Of a DNA stretch of 64,000 nt, positions 42,163-53,457 are shown piece by piece. Location: positions 32,001 through 96,000 of the forward strand of contig CAVWIH010000019.1 of NCBI GenBank assembly GCA_963755025.1, written 5' to 3'. This stretch comes from an uncultured Actinomycetes bacterium. GTDB lineage: Bacteria > Actinomycetota > Thermoleophilia > UBA2241. Below the pieces are notes generated by a model. The model did no database searches, was not told where the DNA came from, and saw nothing but the letters and a program-made list of their open reading frames with translations. Numbering within the stretch: position 1 is the stretch's first letter; each line of letters starts with the position of its first letter. The translations under genes and the position numbers were made by a program.

Positions 42163-43131
42163 GTGAGCGCCGCGCGCGTCGCCATCGGCTCGCGCGCCAG
42201 CACCCTCGCCCTCGTGCAGGCCGAGACGGTGGCCGCCCTGCTGCGCGCCGCCCACCCCGCACTCGAGGTGACGATCGTCAAGATCGCCACCACCGGCGAC
42301 CGCATCCTCGACGCCCCGCTCTCGCAGATCGGCGACAAGGGCCTCTTCACCAAAGAGCTCGAACACGCCCTGCTCGAGGGCCGCATCGACTGCGCCGTGC
42401 ACTCGGCCAAGGACCTGCCCACCACCCTGCCCGCCGGTTGCGTCGTGGGCGCCTTCACGGCTCGCCAGGACCCGCGCGACGTGTTCGTGGCCGGCGCCGC
42501 CCAGGCGCCCGCCGGCCTCGCCGCGCTGCGCCCCGGCGCGCGCGTGGGCAGCTCGAGCCTGCGGCGGCGCTCGCAGCTGCTCGCCCTGCGCCCCGACCTT
42601 GCGCTCCTCGACCTGCGCGGCAACGTCGAGACCCGCCTGCGCAAGGTCGCCGAGCAGGGCCTGGACGGCACGGTGCTGGCCGCCGCCGGTCTGGCCCGCC
42701 TGGGGCGCGCCGCCCTGGCCGCCTTCGCCTTCTCCTTCGAGGAGATGCTGCCCGCCGTGGGCCAGGGCGCCCTGGCCGTCGAGGTGCGGGCGGGCGACGA
42801 GCGCACGGCGGCGCTGCTCGACTGCTTACACGACGAGCCCACCGCCCTGGCCGTGCGCGCCGAGCGCGCCCTGCTGGGCGCGCTGCAAGGCGGCTGCCAG
42901 ATCCCCATCGGCGCCCACGCCGAGTCGCGCGACGGCGCCGAGCTCACCCTGCGCGCCTTCGTCGGCTCGCTCGACGGCGCCGACACCCTGCGCGACTCGC
43001 TCGCCGGCCCGGCGGCCGACCCCGAGGCCCTGGGGTGCGCCCTGGCCGAACGCCTGCGCGGCGCCGGCGCCGAGCGCATCCTGGCGGCGGTGCGCGAGGC
43101 AAGCGGCCTGGTGCCGGGGAGCGCCCGGTGA
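42163..43131 (+). CDS. hemC: Hydroxymethylbilane synthase
   Basis: GSRASTLALVQA, GLFTKELE, VHSAKD, GSSSLRR, LRGNV, GGCQIP. Confidence 0.96.
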   Translation: MSAARVAIGSRASTLALVQAETVAALLRAAHPALEVTIVKIATTGDRILDAPLSQIGDKGLFTKELEHALLEGRIDCAVHSAKDLPTTLPAGCVVGAFTARQDPRDVFVAGAAQAPAGLAALRPGARVGSSSLRRRSQLLALRPDLALLDLRGNVETRLRKVAEQGLDGTVLAAAGLARLGRAALAAFAFSFEEMLPAVGQGALAVEVRAGDERTAALLDCLHDEPTALAVRAERALLGALQGGCQIPIGAHAESRDGAELTLRAFVGSLDGADTLRDSLAGPAADPEALGCALAERLRGAGAERILAAVREASGLVPGSAR

Positions 43132-44003
43132 GGGCGCCTCACGGGCCCGAGGCCGGCCGGCGCGCCGGATCGCGCGCGCCGGCGGCGGCGCCGGCCGGCG
43201 CCGCCGACCCCGCCGAGCAGGCAGAGTCGGCGCTGCCGCTCTCGGGGCGCTGCGTGGTCGTGACGCGGCCGCGCGGCCAGGCCGACGGCCTGGCCGCGCT
43301 CCTCGAGCGCGGCGGCGCCCGGGTGCTCGTCTGCCCGGTCATCGAGGTCGTGCCGGTCGGCCTGAACGCCGAGTTGCGCGCCGCGATCGACGGCCTCGCG
43401 GGCTACGACATGGTGATCTTCACGAGCGCCAACGGCGTGAGCGCCTTCTGCGAGCGCCTGCGCGACTGCGGTGCCGAGGCCGCGGCGCTCGCGTCGTGCG
43501 AGCTCGTCGCCATCGGGCCGGCCACCGCGCTGGCCCTCGAGGAGCACGGGCTGCTGCCCAGCATCGTGCCCGAGGAGTACGTGGCCGAAGGCGTCCTGGC
43601 CGCCGTCGAGCAGCGGGCCACGCGCCTGGCCGGGCGCCGGGTGCTCCTGCCGCGCGCCCGCGAGGCCCGGTCTGTGCTGCCCGACGAGCTGCGCCGGCGC
43701 GGCGCCACGGTCGACGACGTCGTCGTGTACGACACCGTGCCGGTCACCTCCCTCGCCTGCCCGGCCGCCGCCATCGAGGCGGCCCACTACGTCACCTTCA
43801 CGTCGAGCTCCACCGCCCGACGCTTCGCGGCGCTGCTGGGCGCCGACGGCCTCGCGGCGCGCCTGCGCGCGGTGCGGCTCGCGTCGATCGGCCCGGTGAC
43901 GAGCGCTACGCTGGGCGAGCTCGGCCTGCCGGTGACCGTCGAGGCGAGCGTCCACTCGGCGGCCGGCCTGGCGGCGGCGATCGCCGCCGACGCCGCCAGC
44001 TAG
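43128..44003 (+). CDS. hemD: Uroporphyrinogen-III synthase
   Basis: VVVTRP, IFTSANGV, AIGPATA, VYDT, TFTSSST, SIGPVT; GTGA overlap with hemC. Confidence 0.92.
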   Translation: MRAPHGPEAGRRAGSRAPAAAPAGAADPAEQAESALPLSGRCVVVTRPRGQADGLAALLERGGARVLVCPVIEVVPVGLNAELRAAIDGLAGYDMVIFTSANGVSAFCERLRDCGAEAAALASCELVAIGPATALALEEHGLLPSIVPEEYVAEGVLAAVEQRATRLAGRRVLLPRAREARSVLPDELRRRGATVDDVVVYDTVPVTSLACPAAAIEAAHYVTFTSSSTARRFAALLGADGLAARLRAVRLASIGPVTSATLGELGLPVTVEASVHSAAGLAAAIAADAAS

Positions 44004-44107
44004 CCGCCGCAGCGCTCCGCGAGCCCGACCGGCGGGTCACGTCGGGGCGGCGCACCGGAGCCCCCGGTCGTCACGCCCATCGGCGCGGTTCGGGTACACT
44101 GTGCCTC

Positions 44108-44920
44108 GTGACCGCACCGCGCCCCATCTGCTTTCTGTCCGACTACGGCTACGAAGACGACTTCGCCGGCACCTGCCGCGGCGTCATCGCGCGCTTTGCC
44201 CCCGACGTGCGGGTGATCGACGTGACGCACGGCATTGCCCGGCACGACCTCATCGGCGCCGCCTTCGTGCTGCGCAACACGGCGTCCTACCTGCCCGACG
44301 GCGCCGTCCACCTGGCCGTCGTCGACCCCGGCGTGGGCGGCCCGCGCCGCGCGATCGCCCTTCGTTCGGCCGGCGACCGCTATTTCGTGGGGCCCGACAA
44401 CGGCATGCTCGTCCTGGCCGCCGAAGCCGACGGCGGCATCGCCGGCGCCTGGGAGATCACCAACGACGAGCTCTTCATCGCGCCGCTCTCGGCGACCTTT
44501 CACGGCCGCGACGTCTTCGCGCCGGTCGCCGCCCGCCTGGCTACCGGTCTGCCGGCCGCGCAGCTCGGCCCCGCCATCGACCCGGCCGGCCTGGTGCGTC
44601 TCGAGATCCAGCCGCCGGAGGCGACGGGCGCCGGCCTGCGCGCCGCGGCCGTGCTGATCGACCGCTTCGGCAACGTGGCCCTCAACCTGGACGCCGAGCG
44701 CCTCGAAAAGGCGCAACTCGGCGACCCGATCGAACTGGTCTGCGGCGGCGAACGCTACCTTGCGCGGCTGGCCCGATCGTTCGTAGAAGTGCGCCCCAGC
44801 GATATCATGGTGCTGGTAGACAGCTATGGTCAGGTGGCGCTGGCCGTCAACACCGGTTCGGCCGAGGAAGTCCTTGGTCTTGCGCCGGGCGACAACGTAG
44901 AGTTGCGTCGCCTCTCGTGA
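44108..44920 (+). CDS. SAM hydroxide adenosyltransferase / SAM-dependent halogenase family (DUF62)
   Basis: FLSDYG..D, IDVTH, VVDPGVG..R, VGPDNG, SATFHGRDVFAP, IDRFGN; TACACT 7 nt upstream. Confidence 0.92.
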   Translation: MTAPRPICFLSDYGYEDDFAGTCRGVIARFAPDVRVIDVTHGIARHDLIGAAFVLRNTASYLPDGAVHLAVVDPGVGGPRRAIALRSAGDRYFVGPDNGMLVLAAEADGGIAGAWEITNDELFIAPLSATFHGRDVFAPVAARLATGLPAAQLGPAIDPAGLVRLEIQPPEATGAGLRAAAVLIDRFGNVALNLDAERLEKAQLGDPIELVCGGERYLARLARSFVEVRPSDIMVLVDSYGQVALAVNTGSAEEVLGLAPGDNVELRRLS

Positions 44921-44960
44921 CCGGGTATCATACCCCCTCGCGCATTCAAGGAGTTTTCGC

Positions 44961-45395
44961 GTGAAGACCTTCGTAGCAAAGCCCGCGACAATCGAAAAGA
45001 AGTGGTACGTAGTCGACGCCGACGGCCAAACGCTCGGCCGCCTGTCGACTGTCGTCGCCGACGCCCTGCGCGGCAAGCGCAAGGTGATCTACACGCCCAA
45101 CATCGACACCGGCGACTTCGTCGTCATCGTCAACGCCGAGAAGATCGCCGTCACCGGCAAGAAGCTCGACGAAAAGATGTACTGGCGCCACTCCGGGTAT
45201 CCGGGCGGCATCAAGGGCGAAGCGCTCAAAGACCTTCTGGCCCGGCGCCCCGAAGAAGTCGTGCGCCGCGCGGTCAAGGGCATGCTGCCGCACAACAAGC
45301 TCGGAGCGGCCCAGTTGCGCAAGCTCAAGGTCTACGCAGGTCCCGAGCACCCGCACGTGGCCCAGAATCCCGCACCGCTCGCGATCAAGGAGTAA
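44961..45395 (+). CDS. rplM: 50S ribosomal protein L13
   Basis: [36 protein letters not shown]. Confidence 0.97.
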   Translation: MKTFVAKPATIEKKWYVVDADGQTLGRLSTVVADALRGKRKVIYTPNIDTGDFVVIVNAEKIAVTGKKLDEKMYWRHSGYPGGIKGEALKDLLARRPEEVVRRAVKGMLPHNKLGAAQLRKLKVYAGPEHPHVAQNPAPLAIKE

Positions 45396-45400
45396 GACGC

Positions 45401-45793
45401 GTGGCCTCAGTCACCTACACCGGCACCGGCAGGCGCAAGACCAGCGTCGCGCGCGTCATCCTCACTCCCGGCGTGGGCCGCGTGGTCGTGAACGGCAAGG
45501 AGCTCGACGACTACTTCGGTAGGCGCGTGCTGCAGACCATCGCCGTCATGCCCTTCGAGGCCACCCACACGCAGGCCAAGTTCGACGTGCGCGTCAACGT
45601 GAACGGCGGCGGCATGGCCGGTCAGGCCGGCGCCATCCGTCACGGCATCGCCCGGGCGCTCATCGTCGCCGACGAAAGCCTGCGCACGCCGCTCAAGCGC
45701 GCCGGTTTTCTCACGCGCGACGCACGGGTGAAAGAGCGCAAGAAGGCCGGCCTCAAGAAGGCCCGCAAGCGCCCGCAGTTCTCCAAGCGCTAG
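45401..45793 (+). CDS. rpsI: 30S ribosomal protein S9
   Basis: [40 protein letters not shown]. Confidence 0.97.
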   Translation: MASVTYTGTGRRKTSVARVILTPGVGRVVVNGKELDDYFGRRVLQTIAVMPFEATHTQAKFDVRVNVNGGGMAGQAGAIRHGIARALIVADESLRTPLKRAGFLTRDARVKERKKAGLKKARKRPQFSKR

Positions 45794-45964
45794 CCCGCGA
45801 CCCCTTCGCCATCTGTGGTGCCACCGCCCGCGTTGTGGGCCTGAGCTTCCGCATGGCCCTGTCGCGGCCGAGAAGCGCCTCGGTCTCTGTTGTCGCACGC
45901 TCGACCCCGGGGGTAGCATGGCCACCGTCATGTCCGTACCTGCATCGCACAGGCGTTCGTAACC

Positions 45965-47311
45965 GTGGCCCTCTTCGGTACCGACGGCATCCGCGGCCTG
46001 GCCGGCGACGAGCTCACGCCCGAGCTCGCCCTGCAGGTCGGTCGCGCCGCGGCGTACGTGCTGGCCCAGCACCGCGGCCCGGGCCCCCGGTTCCTGATCG
46101 GCCGCGACACGCGCGTCTCGGGCGCCATGCTCGAAGCCGCCCTGGTGGCCGGCATCACGAGCGGCGGCGGCTCGGTCGAGAGCGCCGGGGTCATTCCCAC
46201 GCCGGGTCTGGCGGCGCTCGTGGTCGAGCACGGCGCCGACGCCGGCGTGGTCGTGTCGGCGTCGCACAACCCCTTCGCCGACAACGGCATCAAGATCTTC
46301 AGCCACCTCGGCATCAAGCTCTCCGACGACGAAGAGGCCGAGATCGAAGCGCACGTGGGCCGCCACGACCTCGTCTCGTTGCGCGGCGATCAGGTGGGGC
46401 GCGCCGACGTCGTCGAGCGCGCCGTCGAGGACTACGTCGCGACCGTCGTCGGACGCATACCGCTCGACCTCTCCGGCGTGCGCATCGCCGTCGACTGCGC
46501 CAACGGCGCCATGTACCAGGCGGCGCCGCTCGCCTTGTGCGAGTCGGGCGCCGACGTCGTGCTGCTGCACACCGCGCCCGACGGGCTCAACATCAACCAC
46601 CAGTGCGGCTCGACCCACGTGGCGGCCCTGCAAGAGGTCGTGCGGGCCGACGGCTTCGACCTGGGCCTGGCCTTCGACGGCGACGGCGACCGCGTGCTGG
46701 CTGTCGACTCACACGGCGCCCTGGTCGACGGCGACTTCGTCATCGCCATCCTCGCCAGGCACCTCAAGGGCAAGGGCGCGCTGCGCGCCGACACGGTCGT
46801 CACCACGGTCATGACCAACCTCGGCTTTCACCTCGCCATGCGCCGTGAGGGCATCGCCGTGGTGACCACCGCCGTCGGCGACCGCTACGTCATCGCCGAG
46901 ATGCTCAAGCACGACTACGTGCTCGGTGGGGAGCAGTCCGGGCACGTGATCAACCGCGACGTCTCCACCACCGGCGACGGCCTCGCCACCGCGCTCCTTC
47001 TGCTGCAGGCCCTGGGCGAGATGGACCAGCCCTTAGACGAGGCCGCCAAGGTCATGGAGCGCCTGCCGCAGAAGCTCGTGAACGTGCGGGTGCGCGACCG
47101 CGACGCGCTCGCAGGCGCCGCCGCGGTCTGGCAGGCCGTCGAGCGCGAGACGACGCGCCTTGCCGGACTGGGCCGCGTGCTGGTGCGGCCCTCGGGCACC
47201 GAACCCCTGGTGCGCGTCATGGCCGAAGCCGCCACACAAGACGACTGCGACGCGGTCTGCGACCGCATCGTCGCGGTCGTGCAAGAAGAGCTCGCAGGAG
47301 GACCGGCGTGA
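45965..47311 (+). CDS. glmM: Phosphoglucosamine mutase
   Basis: FGTDGIRG, SASHNP, FDGDGDR, MTNLG, GGEQSGH, VRPSGTEP. Confidence 0.96.
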   Translation: MALFGTDGIRGLAGDELTPELALQVGRAAAYVLAQHRGPGPRFLIGRDTRVSGAMLEAALVAGITSGGGSVESAGVIPTPGLAALVVEHGADAGVVVSASHNPFADNGIKIFSHLGIKLSDDEEAEIEAHVGRHDLVSLRGDQVGRADVVERAVEDYVATVVGRIPLDLSGVRIAVDCANGAMYQAAPLALCESGADVVLLHTAPDGLNINHQCGSTHVAALQEVVRADGFDLGLAFDGDGDRVLAVDSHGALVDGDFVIAILARHLKGKGALRADTVVTTVMTNLGFHLAMRREGIAVVTTAVGDRYVIAEMLKHDYVLGGEQSGHVINRDVSTTGDGLATALLLLQALGEMDQPLDEAAKVMERLPQKLVNVRVRDRDALAGAAAVWQAVERETTRLAGLGRVLVRPSGTEPLVRVMAEAATQDDCDAVCDRIVAVVQEELAGGPA

Positions 47312-47958
47312 ACGTCGTGGCCATCAACGGCAGCCCGCGCAAGGCGTGGAACACCGCGACCCTGCTGCAGAGCGCGCTCGACGGTGCGGCCTCGCAAGGC
47401 GCGCAGACCGAGCTCGTGCACCTCTACGACCTCGACTTCAGGGGCTGCGTCAGCTGCTTTGCCTGCAAGACGCGGCAGGGCAAGAGCTACGGGCGCTGCG
47501 CCCACACCGACGACCTCACCCCGGTGCTGCGCGCCATCGAGAGCGCCGACGCCCTCCTGCTGGGCTCGCCCATCTACTTCGGCGCCCTCTCCGGCGAGAT
47601 GCGCTGCTTCATCGAGCGTCTCGTCTTTCCCTACCTGGTCTACAGTGACCCGCCGCAGACGCTCTACACGGGCGCCCTGCGCGTGGGCTGCATCTACACC
47701 ATGAACCTGCCTTCGGCCGAGGTCATGAAGGCCTGGGGCCTGGCCGACCACCTCGCGCTCGGCGAGCGCACGCTGGGGCGCGTGTTCGGCAGCTGCGAGT
47801 CGCTGGCGAGCTTCGACACCTACCAGTTCCGCGACTACGGCAAGGTCGTCGCCGACCGCTTCGACGAGGCCGCCAAGGCGCGCCGCCGCGACGCCGAGTT
47901 CCCCAAGGACTGCGAGAAGGCCTTCGCGATGGGCGCCGGGCTGGTCTCGGCGCAGTAG
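47308..47958 (+). CDS. Iron-sulfur flavoprotein / multimeric flavodoxin family
   Basis: NGSPR..NT, GCVSCFACK...C, GSPIYF. Confidence 0.9.
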   Translation: MNVVAINGSPRKAWNTATLLQSALDGAASQGAQTELVHLYDLDFRGCVSCFACKTRQGKSYGRCAHTDDLTPVLRAIESADALLLGSPIYFGALSGEMRCFIERLVFPYLVYSDPPQTLYTGALRVGCIYTMNLPSAEVMKAWGLADHLALGERTLGRVFGSCESLASFDTYQFRDYGKVVADRFDEAAKARRRDAEFPKDCEKAFAMGAGLVSAQ

Positions 47959-48006
47959 CCCGTTACGGGGTTCGCGCCCCTGCGGCCGGGGCACACACCC
48001 ATCGCC

Positions 48007-48618
48007 ATGTCGCAGCGCGTCAACATAGCCGCTCCCCGGTTCGACTACGACGCCGACGACCCCGAGGGGTTCCGCGCGGGCATGTTCCGCTTTGGCCCGC
48101 TGCTCGGCGCCGCCCAGCTCGGCGCCAGCCTCTACGAGCTGCCGCCCGGGCAGGCCATCTGTCCCTATCACTACGAATACGCCGAAGAGGAGTGGCTCCT
48201 CGTGCTCGTCGGGCAGCCGACGCTGCGCCGTCCCGAGGGCAGCGAGATTCTCGCCCCCTGGGACGTCGTGTGCTTCGCGACCGGCCCGCAGGGCGCGCAC
48301 GGCGTGCGCAACGAGACCGCCGAGACCGTGCGGGTGCTCATGTGGTCGACGGTCCGCCACCCCGCCGCCACCGTGTACCCCGACTCCGACAAGATAGCGA
48401 TCTGGACGGGCAACCACGACGACGACGTCATGGTGCGCCGCGCGAGCGCCGTCGACTACTTCGACGGCGAGAGCGGTGCGAGTACGAGCGGCCGCGGCGA
48501 GACCGCCGCGCCGGACGTCGACGGCGCCGGCGCGAGCGTCGACGGCGCCGGCGCGGGCGGCCGCGGTGCGGCCGCCGATGAAGACGTCGGCGACTTCGAG
48601 GAACCCGCCGGCCCGTAG
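48007..48618 (+). CDS. Cupin-domain protein
   Basis: PGQAICPYHYE..EEEW...GAH cupin motifs; low-complexity tail. Confidence 0.85.
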   Translation: MSQRVNIAAPRFDYDADDPEGFRAGMFRFGPLLGAAQLGASLYELPPGQAICPYHYEYAEEEWLLVLVGQPTLRRPEGSEILAPWDVVCFATGPQGAHGVRNETAETVRVLMWSTVRHPAATVYPDSDKIAIWTGNHDDDVMVRRASAVDYFDGESGASTSGRGETAAPDVDGAGASVDGAGAGGRGAAADEDVGDFEEPAGP

Positions 48619-48756
48619 GCGCCCGGCGGCAGGCGCCCCCGCGCCCGCGGCAAAAAGGTTAGAATGCCGTGAGCCAAGCGAGGAGGTGCCTTCCAACAAA
48701 GCATCTGCGACGACGGTCCCAGACGCGCCCGGCAGTGTGAGCTTCGACCATCTTTC

Positions 48757-48902
48757 ATGAGCGCCAGACCCCTCGGCGACCAGTCCGAGAGGTGACGAGG
48801 CGGAGGTTCATCGAAGTCTTCGGCGGATGCCTCCCGGCCCGACACGGTCGTGATCGAACCGACAAACCCCACCGGTAACGGTGGCCACAAAACGGTTCGA
48901 AC
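48757..48902 (+). ncRNA. glmS ribozyme (GlcN6P-activated self-cleaving riboswitch)
   Basis: AGCGCCAG at 48760, P1 hairpin, GACGAGG-CGGAGGUUCAUCGAA..UUCGGCGGAUGCCUCC core, P4 with ACAAA and ccaccg-GUAA-cggugg; directly 5' of glmS; TAGAAT -10 at 48660. Confidence 0.93.
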
Positions 48903-48950
48903 GTGTCGCTCTCACCACCGCGCGCCCGTTTTGAAGCGAAGCGAGGTCCC

Positions 48951-50782
<1,832 letters not shown>

Positions 50783-50788
50783 GCGCAC

Positions 50789-51262
50789 GTGGACCTGCCG
50801 CCGGGCGTGACGGGCGTGGGCATCGACGCCGTCGAAGTCGACGCGCCTGCGGCGCCTGCTCGAGCGCCTGCCGCGGGCCTACGACCGCCTCTTCTCGGGC
50901 CAGGAGCGCGCTACGCCGACGGCTACGCCGATCCGTTCCCGCGTTACGCGGCGCGCTTTGCCGCCAAAGAGGCGGTGGGCAAGGCGCTGGGCATCGGCAT
51001 CATCGGCTTCGTCTGGCGCGAGATCGAGGTGCTGTCGGGCGGCAAGCCGCGGGTGGCGCTGCACGGCCACGTCGCGCAGATCGCTCGACGACTCGGCGTC
51101 ACGAGGGTAGAACTGTCTCTGAGCCACACCGGCGGCATGGCCTACGCCATGGCCGTCGCGGTACGCGATGCCGCCGGCCCCCGCGCGGGCGCCGGCCGCG
51201 ACGAACACGATGCCGTCGGCGCCGACGCGGGCGCCGGCTTCACAGAAGGCGAGGGACGATGA
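50789..51262 (+). CDS. acpS: Holo-ACP synthase (compensating frameshifts ~50841-50905)
   Basis: GVGIDAVE, YAARFAAKEAVGKALG, GKP, LSLSH. Confidence 0.9.
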   Translation: MDLPPGVTGVGIDAVEVDAPAAPARAPAAGLRPPLLGPGARYADGYADPFPRYAARFAAKEAVGKALGIGIIGFVWREIEVLSGGKPRVALHGHVAQIARRLGVTRVELSLSHTGGMAYAMAVAVRDAAGPRAGAGRDEHDAVGADAGAGFTEGEGR

Positions 51263-52827
51263 TGCTCGAGTCACTGTCGGTCGGTCTGCTGACCGCCGAG
51301 AAGATGCGCGCCACCGACGCGGCGGCGATCGAGGGCGTCGGCATTCCCGGCGGCCACCTCATGGAGCGCGCCGGCGCGGCCGTGGCCCGCGAGCTCATGC
51401 TGGCCTTCGACGCCGAGAGCGTCGTGATCTATGCCGGCAAGGGCAACAACGGCGGCGACGGGTTCGTCGTGGCCCGCGAGCTCTTCAACGCCGGCGTCGA
51501 GGTCACCGTGTTCGCCGTCGCCGGGCGCGACGTCTACAAGGGCGACGCCCGCCTCAACCTCGAGATCGCCGAACAGCTGGGCGTCGAGATCGTCGACGGC
51601 GTCGAACCCGTCGGCGACGCCGACGTCGCGCTCGACGCCGTGTTCGGCACCGGCTTCGCCGGCGTGGCCGAAGGCGCCGCCGCCGAGGCCATCGCCGAGA
51701 TGAACGCCGCGGCCGGCGCGGTCGTCGCCCTCGACATCGCTTCGGGCGTCGACGCCTCGACCGGCGAGGTCGCCGGTCCCGCCGTGCAGGCCGACCTCAC
51801 CGTGGCGCTGCACGCGCCCAAGGTCGGCCACTTCGTCAGCCCCGGCGGGCGCCACGCCGGCCACATCGTGGTCGTGCCGATCGGCATACCGCCCTCGTGC
51901 GACGAGGAGCCCGACGTCTTCGTGCTCACGAGCCTCGCCGCCGGCCTCGTGGTGCGGCCCAAGACCGAGGCCGACCACAAGCGCTCGGTAGGCACCGTGC
52001 TGGTGGCCGGCGGCTCGCGCGGCATGAGCGGCGCGGCGGCGATGGCCTCTCTGGGCGCCCTGCGTTCGGGCGCCGGCCTGGTGCACTGCCTGCTGCCCGC
52101 CGACCTGGTGGGCGAGAAGCCGTATCTCGAAGTCATCAACGTGCCGGGCGCGAGCAAGGGTCGCCTGGGCCACGGCGACCTCGCCGCGCTGCGCGCCCAG
52201 ATGGGCGGCCTCAAGGCGACCGCGCTCGGCCCCGGCATGGGGCGCGACGACGACACGGCCGCGCTGGTGCGCGAGGTCGTCGTCGCCGAGCCCGCGACGC
52301 CGCTCGTGATCGACGCCGACGGCCTGCATGCCCTGGGCGGCGACCTCGAACTGCTCACCGCCCGCATCGGCCCGACCGTGCTCACCCCGCACGAGGGCGA
52401 GCTCGCCCGCCTGCTCGGCACGACCGCCGACCAGGTCGCCGCGCACCGCCTGGGGTCGGCGCGCGAGGCCGCCCGGCGCAGCGCCGCGACGGTGCTGCTC
52501 AAGGGCGCGCGCACCATCGTCGCCGATCCCGGCGGCACGGCCTTCATCGTGCCGACCGGCAACCCCGGCCTGGCGACGCCGGGCACCGGCGACGTGCTCA
52601 CCGGCATCATCGCCGGTCAGCTCGCCAAGGGCCTTACGGCCACCGAGGCGGCCTGCCTGGGCGCCTACGTGCACGGCCTGGCCGCCGACCTCGCGGTCGA
52701 GACCTCGGTCAGCGCCGATGGCATGATCGCCAGCGACCTGTTCGACTTTCTGCCGCTGGCGGTCGAGCGCCTCGTGCGCGGCGACGACGACGAGCACGAC
52801 CACGAGCACGAGCACGACCACGACTAG
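51259..52827 (+). CDS. nnr: Bifunctional NAD(P)H-hydrate epimerase/dehydratase with His/Asp/Glu-rich tail
   Basis: LMERAG, GKGNNGGDG, DAVFGTG, HKRSVG, GPGMG, DADGL, TPHEGE, GTGDVLTG; tail DDDEHDHEHEHDHD. Confidence 0.94.
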   Translation: MMLESLSVGLLTAEKMRATDAAAIEGVGIPGGHLMERAGAAVARELMLAFDAESVVIYAGKGNNGGDGFVVARELFNAGVEVTVFAVAGRDVYKGDARLNLEIAEQLGVEIVDGVEPVGDADVALDAVFGTGFAGVAEGAAAEAIAEMNAAAGAVVALDIASGVDASTGEVAGPAVQADLTVALHAPKVGHFVSPGGRHAGHIVVVPIGIPPSCDEEPDVFVLTSLAAGLVVRPKTEADHKRSVGTVLVAGGSRGMSGAAAMASLGALRSGAGLVHCLLPADLVGEKPYLEVINVPGASKGRLGHGDLAALRAQMGGLKATALGPGMGRDDDTAALVREVVVAEPATPLVIDADGLHALGGDLELLTARIGPTVLTPHEGELARLLGTTADQVAAHRLGSAREAARRSAATVLLKGARTIVADPGGTAFIVPTGNPGLATPGTGDVLTGIIAGQLAKGLTATEAACLGAYVHGLAADLAVETSVSADGMIASDLFDFLPLAVERLVRGDDDEHDHEHEHDHD

Positions 52828-52892
52828 GCGACAGATCGCGAGCCCCACGAGGGCGAGCTCATTCACAAAGACGAAAGCGGGACGGTGACCAG

Positions 52893-53456
52893 GTGACCGA
52901 CGACAGCAGCGCACAGGCCGGGTACGACGCGACGGCCGACACAGAGGCGACCGGCGAGCAGGCGGCAGGCGACGAAGCGGCCAGAGCGGGCCGGGCGGCG
53001 GGCGACGACCCGCGCGTGGCCGACGTCATGGAACGCGACGTCGTGACGATCGGTCCCGAGGCGACGGTGCACGAGCTCGTGCTCCTGCTGCGCCAGAAAG
53101 ACCTGGGCGGCGTGCCGGTGGTCGACGCCGAGCGGCGCCTGCTGGGCATCGTCACCGAGGGCGACCTCGTGATCGAAGACGCCGATGTGCGCGCGCCGCA
53201 CTACTTCGAGCTGCTCGGCAACCTGGTCTACCTGGGCAGCCAGCGCAAGTTCGAGGAACGCCTCAAGAAGATGGTGGGCAACGCCGTGGGCGACGTCATG
53301 ACGACCGACGTGTTCACGGTGGGCCCCGACGACCCGGTCGGCCGGGCCGCCAACATCATGGTCGACAAGAAGGTCAACCGCGTGCCCGTGGTCGACGACG
53401 GCCGCCTCGTCGGCATCGTCGCGCGGCACGACGTGATCCGCATGCTGGGGCTCTAA
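52893..53456 (+). CDS. CBS-domain protein
   Basis: Two CBS repeats (VADVM..GVPVVD..GIVTEGD; VGDVMT..RVPVVD..GIVARHD). Confidence 0.9.
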   Translation: MTDDSSAQAGYDATADTEATGEQAAGDEAARAGRAAGDDPRVADVMERDVVTIGPEATVHELVLLLRQKDLGGVPVVDAERRLLGIVTEGDLVIEDADVRAPHYFELLGNLVYLGSQRKFEERLKKMVGNAVGDVMTTDVFTVGPDDPVGRAANIMVDKKVNRVPVVDDGRLVGIVARHDVIRMLGL

Positions 53457-53457
53457 C

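Noticed and set aside
44108-44920. Fluorinase/chlorinase natural-product pathway
   Set aside because: TFHGRD and Asp/Arg/His pattern fits the widespread SAM hydroxide adenosyltransferase, and context is housekeeping
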